A DNA stretch of 62,675 nucleotides, the filler included, from Sphacelaria rigidula (taxonomy: Eukaryota), in assembly GCA_964200075.2 (NCBI GenBank). It is 5 parts of 5 records of this genome, joined end to end, with 100 filler letters (N's around TTAATTAATTAA, not from the genome) between each part and the next. Parts side by side here need not be neighbours in the genome. Positions count along the whole stretch, not along the records: positions 1 to 12,456 come from CAXNAA020003750.1; 4 more parts are not named here. One strand, given 5' to 3'. The notes under the pieces are model-generated. The model made no database searches and had not been told where the DNA came from. It worked only from the letters and a program-made list of their open reading frames with translations. Both the position numbers and the translations under genes were made by a program. Shown here piece by piece: positions 1-12,556 of this stretch. Numbering within the stretch: position 1 is the stretch's first letter; each line of letters opens with the position of its first letter.

Positions 1-847
1 GTGTGCCTTTACCCATCCGTGTTCGGTATCGCGCAAGTGATGGGTCCGGGTAACATGAAGTTTTCAACAGAGTCAAGTGTGTAGACAGCACTGCGTCCTG
101 ACTGATACATTATGTTACAGAGAGAGGAACACAACAATACAACACATCAAGCAATCTCAGCGGAAACCAAGCCGTCTTCGCAACGTCTAAACATACCACA
201 GAACAGTGATAGCTACAGCATATGAGAGCGGACGTGAGTGTGTTAATACTGCAGTACAGTGAAACAAGACATGTCCCACGTTCTAGTTCTTCGGCTGATT
301 TCAATCGGATCCTCAGTGTTTGCCGGGTGCCGATCTTGAACGCTCGTACATAATCGCGCTTCGCGCCAATATTATTTTACTACAAAACTATCCCCATGTA
401 AGGGTTCTGTGCCGTATTTTTGGCCGAAATTGCACCAGGATCTCCTGTACACATGTACGCACAACAACCCGAGGGATGCCGACGTATTTCTTTATTTTCA
501 CGTTTTTATAGCATTTTTCCAGTTTTTGCAGAAACTTCGAATCGCTCCAACTTTGTGTTGTTGTTCCTTTTTTTCGTTGCATCCCCCGGGAGGTTGTACG
601 TATTGATGAAGAAAATGTTGTGCCATAATTTCAAAATTTCAGTGCCAAACTTCTGGAATTACCCGCAGCCGGGCCCGGAAACATTAAAAATCACTCTCAG
701 CTGGCCCGGCTCCACTTTCCTTTGGCGCTGCTTGCCTTTTTTTTTTATCGCGAAAGGGGTTTCCAGGCCGCTCCTTATGGCCGACAAGAACAAAAATCTA
801 GAAAAGTGCATTTCTGGAGCTTTCACGTCGTCTTGAACCATCTTGTA

Positions 848-1283
848 TGGCAACATATCCGTATTCGTACAAATATGAGCATTTCAGCCCGTTCACAGGC
901 GATTCTGTCTCGTGGATTGATTTTTCGAACCCCAGTCCGTTGGGCAATGTATTTAGGCCAGCTGCGAGGAAACAAGATCTATTCTCTGATTCGCTGGACG
1001 TTGGCTTTTGGTTCATGACCTTTCCGCTCAGATCGGGAGGCTGCCGCATCTCCCCCAAATCGGGGGCCCAAATTGGGAGATATGTGGCAGCCTCCCGATT
1101 TGAGCAGACAGGTGATTAACCAAAAGTCAACGCCCAGAGAATCAGAGAATTGATATTGTTTCCTCGCAGCTGGCCGAAATACATTGCCCAACGCACTGGG
1201 GTTTGAAAAATAATTCCGCGGGAGAAAATCGCCTGTAAACGGGCTGAAATGCTCGTATTTGTACAAATATGGATTGGTTGCCA
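848..1283. repeat. Long imperfect palindrome (arms about 215 bp, centre about 1065), probably a foldback/MITE-type element
   Basis: 848-1065 is the reverse complement of 1066-1283 with scattered mismatches, e.g. ccagctgcgaggaaacaa / ttgtttcctcgcagctgg. Confidence 0.9.
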
Positions 1284-1483
1284 GCACACCTTTGCGTTTT
1301 TCCGGTGGTTGCATTTTTTTCGGCTAAACTTACATTTTTCTCGAGAATCAGTGAAGTCCGAAAAAACATTTCGAGATTTGTCTGGCCTTGGCCGGTCTCC
1401 GAGGAAAATGACCGGTCTCGGAGAAAATTGCAGGGTTGGCAAAAAAAAACTGCGAGCACCGGAAAAACGCAAAGGTGTGCTGG
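1281..1483. mobile_element. MITE with perfect 27-bp terminal inverted repeats
   Basis: ccagcacacctttgcgtttttccggtg (1281-1307) is the exact reverse complement of 1457-1483. The interior is non-coding. Confidence 0.8.
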
Positions 1484-1619
1484 AGCCATCTCAAAGGTAC
1501 AATAAAGCATTCCATGTTGTACAAAATTCCGCCTAGCTCTCTTCCAGGGCGTAACACGATGTACAAGCTTCGAAAAGGCACTTTTCCAGATTTTATTCTT
1601 GTCTGCAATAAGCAGCTGC

Positions 1620-1808
1620 CGTCAGCGGTCCCTTTCCATCATCGACCGTGAAGTCAAATTTTGTGTACCCACGACATGGTCGCCCCCCACTACTGTTGGA
1701 CATGTTGTGAAAAAAAATCCCAGATCATGTGACTTCACTGAGATTCGTACCCACGACCCAGCCGTCAGAAGATTTCGAGGTTCTCAACTGAGCCACCGGG
1801 GCGGCTGG
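1620..1808 (-). mobile_element. tRNA-derived SINE, 3'-truncated copy
   Basis: The reverse strand reads GCCCCGGTGGCTCAGTTG (A-box) followed by the body shared with the copies at 21296, 47575 and 58699. Confidence 0.75.
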
Positions 1809-3149
1809 CTCGTAAAAGTAACGTAATACAAAACTGCAAAAAAGGTTGGAACTTTTTTTTTATAACACCACGAGTCTTCTCCCCACGAAAACCGGCTATC
1901 GCGGGTGCTGCGTCGGTACTCCACCTGTGGAGCCTGGGTTCGTGGACATAGTTTAGAGCACACACTAGAAACTGATGGTCACAGATACAGAGTCTCTCGT
2001 TGGGGATTTCTTGCAAGGGATATCTCGTTGAGGACCATTTTTTCTCTACCGAGCCGTTGGTGCTGGGAAATGATCTTCGTGAATGTTGTTCATGGGACTG
2101 CAAGTGCGGAACGCCAGGAACGCCAAGAACGTACTCTCAACAGCATCCCCCCTTTTCACACTAGACTCCATGAACAGGCCGATGCGGTGTGAAAGGTTGG
2201 GCTCTGGAGCGGCTCTCCACGAATCTACTGATAACGGACAACTTTAACTTTATCTCGTGTAAGTATTGTGCGTTTATCACCTGTACATCGAGTTACAGAA
2301 TACTTGCAAGTATGCAGAGGGTATTCTCGTGCATCGACACTCTTGGAGAGCTCAAGAATTTTCAAAAGAAGTGAGCCAGCCCCCCCCGCAAAACCATCCT
2401 CCAATGTTTATAGGGCACAAATAACCACGAATTTACCGGACTCTTCTCACCCATCAACGTAACCCGTTGACTTCTTCATGGAGGAGTGAACGTGACGGTG
2501 TGTAACACCCCTCTTCGGATCAGTATCTCATCTGGATTTGCTCAAACACTGCGGCGATTGAGCCGTTGAAAGCTGTGTGAAATTAACACTTATTTGACAA
2601 TTTTTATACCTTAGATCGACTCGAGAGCGGAAGATCTTGCTGGAGAAGCCCAACTGTGATAATCATATCATTGAGATGCGATCCGTGGTCAACAGTACTG
2701 CACTCTACCGTACTGTGTGGCAGTAACGATAATCTCCTATTGCACACGAATACCTCACACAACTCTCATTTCTCCCAGTGAACGATTTGACATCGAAACT
2801 TTCAACAAAGTGCTGTAGCACCTCACGCAGCAGTAGGCCCCGCCATTACTAGCCTACCATCGCCATGGGTGCTTGGTAACTACCCTAGATAACGGGGTAT
2901 AAAACCCCCTTCCTGCCGGTAAAGGGGTTTTGCGATCTTGAGTGTCCCTAGAGCGGCGGCGGCCACGCGTGGAAATATAAGAGAAATGAACTTCGATAAA
3001 AGGGCGATGTTGAACATGTCAGGGTCGTACTTTCTCGAGAAAATTTAGGTTGAAACAACCATTACGAAGGGTGGTATTTGGCGTGATCTACAATCGTAAA
3101 GACAAGAGGGTTAACACAAACAGTACCACAGACAGACAGGAAGACTCAC

Positions 3150-3247
3150 TTGGAGAACAGGTCAGAGTACATATCGATCTCCTGTTTGGCGAGGTCCATG
3201 GGACTCGGCCCAGACGGAGCCTCAGGCTCCGAGCTAAACCAGCTCAT
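3150..3247 (-). CDS. TIM10: Exon 1 of a mitochondrial small Tim chaperone (Tim10-like); later exons not found in the window
   Basis: ATG at 3247 gives MSWFSSEPEAPSGPSPMDLAKQEIDMYSDLFS(K), followed by a GTGAGT donor at 3149. AKQEIDMYSDLFSK resembles the Tim10 helix that precedes the first CX3C motif. I did not find the CX3C exons in 1-3149. Confidence 0.7.
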
Positions 3248-3514
3248 CTCGTGCACGTTGCTGGTTTATAGCTCTGAAGGTCAGCGTCTGTGAAGTAGGT
3301 AGGCACACCTGCAAACAGTTCAATACGGGAAAGTGGGCGTGGCGCACAACCCGCCATAGTATAAAACCGAAATAAAAATATAAAAATATACGTACCGAAA
3401 CTAAAATGCGAACGCCCCCTGTTTTATTATTCAGGAAGGTCATCTACAGACAGTATCAACTGCCTTCTGATGCCACCTTCTTCATAATCATTATAGCAGC
3501 AGTTGACCAGACTC
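3248..3514. promoter_or_regulatory. Probable bidirectional promoter between the Tim10-like and Alba genes
   Basis: Only 267 bp separate the divergent ATGs. AT-rich TATAAAA-like motifs lie at about 3360-3390. Confidence 0.55.
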
Positions 3515-6500
3515 ATGGCGGCGAGCAGCACGGCAGCGCCAGGCGACAGCAATGCCGGCCGCAGTTCTGGCTACAATCTTGTCAAGAATGAGGTAAGCTC
3601 TCAAGCTATGCGTTGCAAGTTTTGATTGTTGCGTCGTGGTGGAGTTTCTCTAAATCAAATCTTAGACGTGAGATCGTCAGCGTCGAACCGTGGTCTCCAA
3701 GGATAACGATAATAGATACACCGCAGTAACACCGTACCCGTCGAAGACCGACTGGACTGCAAGTAAAGGGATGCCAACAGAACAAACGGAATGTTTGTAC
3801 ACTTGCAGATGTTTCCAGAGACCACGATATCCTCACCGCTGTTGCCGCTGTGTTGCTCTTGACTTCCTCGTGGAGTCCGTTACCAGCCGCAGGTAGCTAG
3901 TGAAATACATTCTATCTTTCTCACAGCGACCGACAAAAGATAGCATGTGATGTGTGATCCGCTGGATATACCGGTCGCTGTCATATCCTCCGCTGATATG
4001 CAGAACTTGCAGCACTTTGACACCTTGTCTCGACACCACGCGTGCATTGCTACCCTTATTGCTGTGCTCTTTAGGTACGCGTCACCCAGCAGGGCAAGAC
4101 GCACATGTACATCTCGCATGCGCAGTCCCTGCTCACAGAAAAGGGGGCCACGAGCATCACCATCAAGGCACTGGGTCGTGCGATAAATAAGGCCGTCACA
4201 ATTGCGGAAATTTTGAAGCGAAGGGTGCCTGGATTACACCAAGTGAGAATTACATTGAGCAGGACAGTCCGTCGTGTGCGGAGAAGGCGTTTTTAGACTG
4301 CTTGTCCTAAGGTGGAACACGGCAGACACGCATTGCTTTGAGCACAAGGGATGAAGAAACGGTGATGGGGCAATGGTGATGTGTCATGCACTACAGTACA
4401 CTATACTGTGGGGGGGCAATTGTTTACATCCGGCGCTTTTTGTCGGTCAGCTGTGTTCGGACCACCGGTGTACAGTACGTCCTGTTTTCAAGATGTCACC
4501 GCCTACTTTTCCCGCTTCGGGATTTTCTTTTATCATCTCCTTCTTTTTTCTTTTGGCCAACTACTGTCACTGACTGAGTTCGAATTTATCAGAACTTTCG
4601 AGGCATTTGAACAGCAAGTGCGAACCAGCAATGGAGAGCTTACGCAACACAAAGTCACGATGCGCCCGAATGGATATCATGTTTCATGTGCCAATTTGTC
4701 AGAGCCCACTGGCTGGAACTATTGTTGCGTGTGTGGCGGGGAGCCGCGCACCGCCATCACCATCACCGTGTTTCATCGCGTTTCACGTGTACGTAAAGTT
4801 TCAGTTAGTTGCCCGTACGGTGCGTAACGTTGCAGTTTGTACGCTTTCCTGTCTCAACACATCCAAAGCGCGCAGTATATTTCATCGCTGATGCCTGGGC
4901 TTGGAGTCTAGGCCAATGTTATCGGGACAAGTACAGAGCTTTAGAAGTAAATGCCTCAGCTCAGGTACATCGCCGTATGTACGTCGATGTTGCACTATAG
5001 ACGGTGCAGTGGATGTAGTTTTTGCCTGTCATGGTGGGGCGAGGTCGAACGTTCAACTATTTTTTAACCATACTGTTGTAGATATTTGTGAAGATACTGG
5101 GTGGGGTGAAAGCTTTCAAGTGTATTCATGTTTTTATGTTTATACGCAAAGTATTCTAGTCTTGTGTATCCGATAGAAGAATATTCAGGCTGCGAGCACG
5201 GGCTGTATACACCATGATCTCACTCCCCGTTTCAGTCCTGTAACGTACCACCCTGGTATTGTAGCCAGTCCAGTAACCGCTCTCCTCCCGATATCACTTC
5301 CAGTATTTTTTGTTCAGATTTTTGGTTCCGAATTAGTTTGTAACTGAAGCCAGCGCAACTGTTTCCCGCAAGTTTCCCGCACAAAACTTACGGTCATGAA
5401 TGGGTGCACAGTAATGACGCGTAATTGTGGAATTATACACTATTGAACAGACGTATCGTCGATTCTGCTCAACTCAACCCGTCGTGCACGCTCACCAATC
5501 GTGTGTTTGACGTGAGCTTGACACCTCATCCCTCCCCCCTGAAGTTCTGGCTATGTCCAACGTATTTATTCCAACGTCCTACTCGCAGCACCAGGTGTTG
5601 GTGTTTTGAAATGTTTAAAGATGAGTACTTGACTTGACCAACGAATTGTAATACTGTACAACGAGTCGATAAACCATCATCGATGTCGAAAACATGCTGC
5701 TGACATATCGCCTTTTCCCTACACATGTGTGGCCAGAACGTATAGCTGTACTGCACGCGTCGTGTGGCGTGATGTACCTTGTACACTCGTATCTTCGTTC
5801 GTTGGATTCAAGTACGAGTACGAGAATTGCCGACTGGAAAAGAGAACCCCGCCGGAACTGAACCGAGTATAATCCACGGTCGAGATGGAACGGGCTAGCG
5901 TAACGATGTAATGACAAGTGTTTCTAAGGCGTTCCCTCTTTGCGCCGTGTCAATTTCACCGAATGTTCGCCTCCTCCCCACCGTCGGACCAAACGCTGCA
6001 TTTATGTGCCTGGGTAGATTTCCGACATATCATCGACAGAACTGGCCTGCTCTCCGCAACAGCAACAGCAGCAGCAGCAGCAGCAGCAGCAACGGAGACA
6101 ACAGCAAAACCTGCTGGAAGCGTCGGAAACATCATCATTGAGTGAAAAGAATGAAAAGAAGCAAGACGGGACAACATACGAAGATGGTGTATCTGCCAAA
6201 CACGGAGGGGGGGCAGAAGAAAAAGTGGTTGTCCAATTCAAGGAGGACAACGCCGACAAGGACGAGGTAAAAAACGCCCAGGAATCGAAGCAGCAGCAGC
6301 AGCAGGAAGGAAAGCAGGGCGAAAACGCGGCCACGACACGCCGCGTCAGCGTTGTGATCATCACTCTCTCCTTCGCTCCCCTAGACACCTCTCACATCGG
6401 GTACCAGCCGCCGCTGCCGCCAGAGGAACTCAATCTCGGTGGTGGTGGCGGGCGCGGCGGCATCATACGAGGCGGCGGTCGGTCTGGGGATCGCGGTGGC

Positions 6501-7851
6501 TTTGCGGGTCGGGTGAGTGGGCTACTTGTTGGTTTAAGGTGTCGCACTTGGGTCGTCACATGTACTTATGGTAGCATCGTTTTACTCTTGGGGAGACGTG
6601 AGAAGGGCAAAGTCTACGTTTCTTCATACATTTGTTTTTGTTGATGATCTTGCTAGTAACAGTACCATGAATGTAAGGGTGTTGATGAAACACCCTCCGA
6701 TCCCACAAAAAAATCTGCCCTTGATATCAGGCTTGGCTACTTAACCAGTCGAGCTCGGGGTTGTGCTGGTGACACCTCGAGGGTCACCTCGCGGAACATG
6801 GGCCCATTACCATATCAAACAGGCCACGGTGTTCATGTCAAAGTGTATATGTGCCCACCGTGATCTGTTTGCGACTCAAGTCTCTTGTACTCGACTATGA
6901 GACTGCAGTCATGTTATAAATACCCCTAAATTTGTCGCAGGCGAAGGGTTGTTGTACATCATACATTCAACGAAAATGGCACAACGTCTCTGCTCACCTG
7001 GAACACGAACAGTTACAGCTTTTGTATAATGACACGTGTCATGCGCATGGCGAGAGCGACAGCATGGCGTTTCTCTCCGTGACCCTTATCCCGTGAATAA
7101 AACACTACGAGCACAACTTGCGGCCTATGATACGTGGTAGGATCTTCTCATGGTGTCCCTCTCTGCTCGCGTGTGCAAGTTTCCTACGTTCCTTGGATGA
7201 ACCTTGGATGAACCTTGGATGAACCTTGGATGAACGAGTGACACCTTTGATCTCGCTTGCATCGTCACGCGCGAATCATGGAGATATGGCAGTAAGCATT
7301 TTCTCGGGGTGCTGCACAACGCATATGTTGAGGCATTGCCAAACCCCCTGCTATTGGAGCCCCTTCCTATTTGTTCAGCCATTAACTTCGTGTCCTCTCT
7401 CCCGGAAAATGTTGCGACTTCTGAATTACGGCGGACTTTTTGACCACCCCCCCCGAAGAACGCACGAAGGCGCCACCAACTTGTGAAACGAACTCCGCGA
7501 TAGATCCATTTGATGATACCTTCGTCACCTCCCGCGCGACGTTTGCCCGAATGCTCGTTCAATATATTGTCACTTCCTGCAGGACACCTTCCTACCACAC
7601 TTGACAGTAGCGTGTGCCACATAAAATCCTCCCTCACACTGTCTTACCCCCCCCCCTCCCACCCCCCTCCCCACCCCTCCCTCCTCCCCTCTCAAAAACA
7701 AACGTGTGCCCGAAAACAATCAAAAACCTCTGACATGCGGGGTGATTTTTACTTGATGTAATGTGCATTTGTTTCACGTTGCTGGCTGACTCTCTGCAAC
7801 AAATATAATGTTTTGTTTTGTTTTGTTTTCGTAATTTAGGGGTTTAGGTAA
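3515..7851 (+). CDS. Alba/Rpp25-family nucleic-acid-binding protein with polyQ insertion and RGG tail; exons 3515-3592, 4075-4242, 6018-6512 and probable last exon 7840-7851
   Basis: The spliced translation reads ...KNE|VRVTQQGKTHMYISHAQSLLTEKGATSITIKALGRAINKAVTIAEILKRRVPGLHQ|ISDISSTEL...TTRRVSVVIITLSFAPLDTSHIGYQPP...RGG...|GFR*. These are Alba motifs (GRAINKAVTIAEILKRR, ITLS...GYQPP). All introns are GT-AG and phase 0. The last mini-exon is inferred from a strong pyrimidine tract and is less certain. Confidence 0.9.
7191..7235. repeat. 11-bp minisatellite (CCTTGGATGAA)x4
   Basis: Four exact tandem copies within the Alba intron. Confidence 0.9.
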
Positions 7852-10049
7852 AGGGGGGAACACAATACTCGCTGCCCTTGCTGTGTTGAGAATAATCTCC
7901 CTCCACCTGATGAAACACCGCTTCATTTGATTTCTAAAGAACAGCATGCCTAGGTCGGTGTATTACCTCTAAGCGGCGAATTCGGGCCGACTTGCGGATG
8001 AACGCAAAAAATGGGTATATTCGGCACATCTTTTATGTAGTGCTTTTGTTAGGCCTTTATGCACCGGAGGTCGGAGCGACCGAGTAGGTCATTTGGAAAC
8101 TCTGGCTGTTGGCATATTTTCCCCAGGCTTTCATGTTGATGTGGAAAGTAAAGGTGCTCGTGTTTTGTGGTGGCAGGCAGCTTCATTCAACCCACGGGTG
8201 TGGGGGCTTAGCTTTGTGGGTTATAGATGACCTGGCTATGTGTTCGTTTTTGCGTATGGAGGTTGGGGTGGACCACCCTCCTTGTGGCATGGATATCCCG
8301 CTGACGGAATGGGCAATAATCGCTGGAGGTGACGAAATATGCACCCAGAGGAATGTTGCCACATCCATGCGGGAAACATGAATCGTCAGTTTAAAAGAAA
8401 GAAAGAAAACGAACATTGGCCAAAAACAAGTAGAAACGAGAGTGCCCTAGAAGCACCTTGAGCAATGTTCGTGTAAGTATTAATTTTAGCCTCCCCAAAG
8501 GGGGTTTCAAATATTGTTACTGGCGAGAGGCATGATTGGATCGATGGAGTGCACCAACCTTTGCGCGGCTCGAAAGAACAGCATGGACCCGCGAGGTGCT
8601 CGTTTCTATACTGAAAACACGTGATATGTCCTTTTCCACGGAATATAAGCAAAGTAAGGTATTTTATACACTGATATACGAGTATATATATTATGGTCTT
8701 CATACACTGAATACATCATGCTCATTTAGAGGGACTTCGCGGGGAAGTCGGACCACAGTTGTTTTTGGTCAAAATACAACGCCTCTGTCGGACGTTAAAA
8801 TGGACTCATCACGCCTTGCGTCTTGACTGCACTTGCGCGTGCATGGTAATTGACATCGTCACGCGTCGATACCACCACGAGCGGTAACAGCATGATAGCG
8901 CCGCCAGCACTTACGACCGCTCGTGGGATCGTCGCCAACTCACAAAAAGCTGAACTAATCAATACCGATGCCTGTATATCAGCTCCTCATCCAGGAATAT
9001 ATATATCTACGATCAATCGGATGTTTCGAGAGTTGTCAACCCCTGGACATCATCATCTAATTTTTATTTTCAATAACTACCCCCTTTCCCGCTTGGACCT
9101 CTGCTTAGCGGAACACTAGACGGGCGAGCCATTTCGAGGAGATTCGGAATCCATGTACTCGCTTTTGGTTGGGGAATAACGCCTACATGCATGTAAGGCA
9201 GTAGCGGTGATTGCTGCAGCAGAATATATAGCCACGCATGTACTGCAACGTATGCCAGTACAGACGGCAGAATGGTGCGCGAACTAGAAGAACCTGCATT
9301 CCATCCATTTAACCATACAAATTCAGACATTGCTGCGCTAGACAGACCCCTGTTGGTAAAAAAATATAGTTTCCGATCACTCCTCCTCACCGCGTCCGAG
9401 GACTATAAGGACGTGCCTTATCTCGGGAAAAAGATCTGTTCGCTCAAGATCTGTTTGCTCGAGATCTATTTGCTCAAAATGTGTTTACTTTTTATACCCT
9501 ATGATTGCCTGGTGCAGTATCACCCCGAAGAAAGCGGGAGGAAAATCTGTTTTCGTGAATCCTCGATCTATTTTCTCCAAGGGGAATCGAATGTAAACAC
9601 AGCATCCGCAGGGTCGCATGCAGTGATATGAGACACAACCCGACACAACAACATGTTAAACTGAGACCCACTACCCTCGCGGACAAGAAGGCATCACGCT
9701 GAAGTCGTAGGTGCTCATCAGCTGAACACGTCGCGCTTTGCTTTGGTCGAATCGGTTCAGAATCCAACGAGACAGTCACAGTAGTTTGTGTTGAGACGCG
9801 CGCCAGGAACTCTTTGACATAAGGGTCAACAAAGGCAAGCTTTCGGCTCAAGTTGGCATGCACACAGGCGGCCACTCTGCCTCCAGTACTGAACGGATCT
9901 CCGCCAAGGACTCCTGTATATAGATTAGCAAGGGCTGGCGGTAGAGCTAATGTGCTTGCGCGGTGGATGTATCTGCATGTTTTTTCGGAGCTCGGTGTGC
10001 ATATGTTATACGTACTGCCTTGTCGCGTCTTTACTGACTATCATAGAGG

Positions 10050-10166
10050 AGGTATCTCAAACTGGAAGTTCCCGGCATTTTTTATAGTACTGTGGTATTA
10101 AATTGGAAGTTCCTGGTATTTCTAACAGTAATAAAAAATAGCGGGAACTTGAAGCTTGAGATACCT
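10050..10166. mobile_element. Short MITE-like inverted repeat
   Basis: Termini aggtatctcaa / ttgagatacct, with inner aagttccc / gggaactt complementarity. Confidence 0.6.
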
Positions 10167-10269
10167 GTAGAGAGGTGTGGAACCAACGGCCACTGTTAGA
10201 ACCGCCGCATTTTGAATCCTGTATGCAGATAGGGGTTCCATGTGGACATGAACATGCAATATAAATGTG

Positions 10270-10770
10270 TTTTCGATCGGTAGCTTTCCAGAGATTTCAC
10301 GATTTTCCCGAGTTTTCGGACTCGGCGTTCAGGCTTCTCCGAGAATGAAGCGGCTTGATTTTTTCTGCAAAGCTTCATTTTTGGAGAAGGTCGGAAAATT
10401 CGGACGGCAACGGAGCACTTCGGAGAGCTGCCCCGTGAAAACGCTGTGGCTCTCTCACGCATTCGAGAATCATCAGGCACTTTGCGAGTCTTGACACTTT
10501 CGGAGATCTCCGAAGAAACCAGTGTCGATAATAATCAGTAGTGTGTACCATTTGGTCGATTAGAACCTTCACGGAATGTCATTACTTGATTTGAGTGTAA
10601 ATAACGATAGTCGAATCGCTGACAGCCCCAACTGCCCCTTGCTTGCGCAGAACGCGTTTTCGTCGAAATCGGCGCCTGGGGCGCCGTTTTGAGATCTGCC
10701 AACGCCACACTTTGGCTGCGGAACGTTTCACGCCCCCCTCGCCCGAGGATTCTCGGTATGCCTTGGGTGG
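10270..10770. repeat. Interspersed repeat family also found at 33830-34120, 51710-51920 and 52530-52930
   Basis: 10270-10475 resembles 33910-34118. 10580-10768 (minus) resembles 51737-51917 and 52558-52747 (aaggcataccgagaa..ctcgggcgag, aaaacgcgttctg). Confidence 0.75.
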
Positions 10771-11729
10771 AGTTCTGGTTAATGTTATTTCAAAAATATG
10801 TTTCTGAGAACTTTCTTCATCCACCAAGTGGTGAACACACCTCATAATAATAAGCTTCAGGCTGGATGTTACGGGAAACAGATTTTTGACACACGGATTC
10901 TTCACTTTTGGGGCGTTTGACGCGTTTGACCCACCTTTTGACCCCCAAACAGGGAAAACCGCCAACACACGTCTCGAACACTTTGCATCACCCCACAGAG
11001 ACGAGCCTAGTCTGCTTCTCAGATTCGCTTGGCTCCGAGGTTTCGAGATTTCGAGATTGGCCGCTGAACAAAAAATTGTGCGCAAAAGTATGTGCTTGCC
11101 GACCCCCGCCAGTTTGGCCAAAGGGTACTCTTGAAGCCCACAGCGCTTTGAGTGTCGTGAAAGATAAAAGGTTGTGTCAACTGATCGACATGAACCACGG
11201 ACAGTGAGGTTCGATACGGCTGGATGAAGAAAATGACACGGACGTAAAGACCAACGCGATGAAACGCAGTCATCATGCTGAGGTTGTACGCTGCTCCCCA
11301 CAACTCATCACACACGACTCTGTAGTTGTCGCTTCCATTGGCACTGTTTATCATCGGAAGAACATTCCGCAAAAATGTGTCGGGTTAATGTGATCATAAT
11401 TTGCCGCCACATTTCTTCTGGTTCAGTCCGTCACCGGAGAAACATCACCCGGACTATGGAGGAATGTCCCGTGCCCCGGAATTACCCGCTTATCCCATTG
11501 ACGGCAAGCAAGGGTAGACCTTGCAGTCAGTTTTCAAGTGAAATTGAGTTATTCAATAAATAACCCATGCTCGCGGTGAAGGAGACCTCTATTAGACGGC
11601 GAGGGTAGTCCGTCTGGATTATTAATAATTTCATCAAATGAAATGAAATTGATGCTCATTCAACTCTCGCTGTCAGAGGGGTTACCAACGACTTTTCCCC
11701 GGCAAATCGTTCATTCCAAGATTGTGTTC

Positions 11730-12030
11730 TGTAGGGTATGAGATTCCCTACAGAACTTACAGAAATATCGGGTACTGGTTTGAAAGTCATACAGAAATTG
11801 CAAAACTGTCGGGTACCGGTTTGAAAGTCTCACAGAAATTACGGAACTTGTCGGGTATGGTATGGAAGGCTTACAGAAAAACCGTACCGGCAATCGGGTG
11901 TTTCTTCAAGAGCACACCCACCCTTCGGGTACGAGTAAATATCCTGTACATAACTCACAGAACTGTCGGGTAAGGGAATAGGGGGCTTACAGAACTCACA
12001 GAAACTGTCGGGTAGGGTATGGAGGTTGCA
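11730..12030. repeat. Degenerate tandem repeat of about 40 bp (acagaa...tgtcgggta..ggtat), probably the interior of a non-autonomous DNA transposon
   Basis: Recurrent 'cagaa...gtcgggta' units spaced about 40 bp apart. Confidence 0.6.
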
Positions 12031-12329
12031 GATAAAACCTTACCCGCAAATGGAGTAGTATTCGAGTGCCGCTCCAGTAGTGCATTGTTCGGAGTTATCC
12101 GTTCCAGTGGCACGTTAGAGGTATCAAAACTCGAGGTTCCCGATATATTCAACCGTAAATTACTCTCAAATACAGCTACAGTACGCTGCGATGGAATCCA
12201 TCTCGGTCCATCTGGGGTGATCGTCCTGACCAATCACAGCTCTCAAAATAGTCCCTCCGCTCCTTTTGGGCCTCGTTCCTGTCTGACGTTTTGAGCTTTC
12301 TGCTGTTTTGTGAACAGGCCCCGACCCCC

Positions 12330-12456
12330 CAGTCAAAAATGCAAGGTTATCAGTACGATTCGGGCCAAACAATCTTGGCAGGATGCAGCTCACCCTTTAT
12401 GCGGCTCGCCGAACACACCACGGCTCTTCGCGCTTGGTGATTGATTGCGAGCCTGG
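12330..12456. repeat. High-copy repeat at the contig end; same family as 24775-25011 and 40130-40560
   Basis: Shared sequence 'aacaatc.t.gcaggatgcagctcacc...atgcg.ctc.cc.aacaca'. Confidence 0.8.
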
Positions 12457-12556
12457 NNNNNNNNNNNNNNNNNNNNNNNNNNNNNNNNNNNNNNNNNNNN
12501 TTAATTAATTAANNNNNNNNNNNNNNNNNNNNNNNNNNNNNNNNNNNNNNNNNNNN
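12457..12556. other. Artificial contig linker (N44-TTAATTAATTAA-N44)
   Basis: Six-frame stop cassette flanked by Ns. Identical linkers recur every 12555 bp. Confidence 0.98.

Noticed and set aside
1-3149. Downstream Tim10 exons
   Set aside because: No CX3C-coding exon in the correct phase was found. It probably lies beyond the contig end.
7900-7945. CTGATGA motifs as hammerhead ribozymes (also 10470, 37759 and 41716)
   Set aside because: No stem II followed by GAAA and no closing helices were found.
10582-11301. Long ORFs in the track (10582-11301, 19344-20069, 19828-20478, 49006-49659, 52740-53333)
   Set aside because: They lie in repeats or antisense to LINE sequence and show no recognisable domains.
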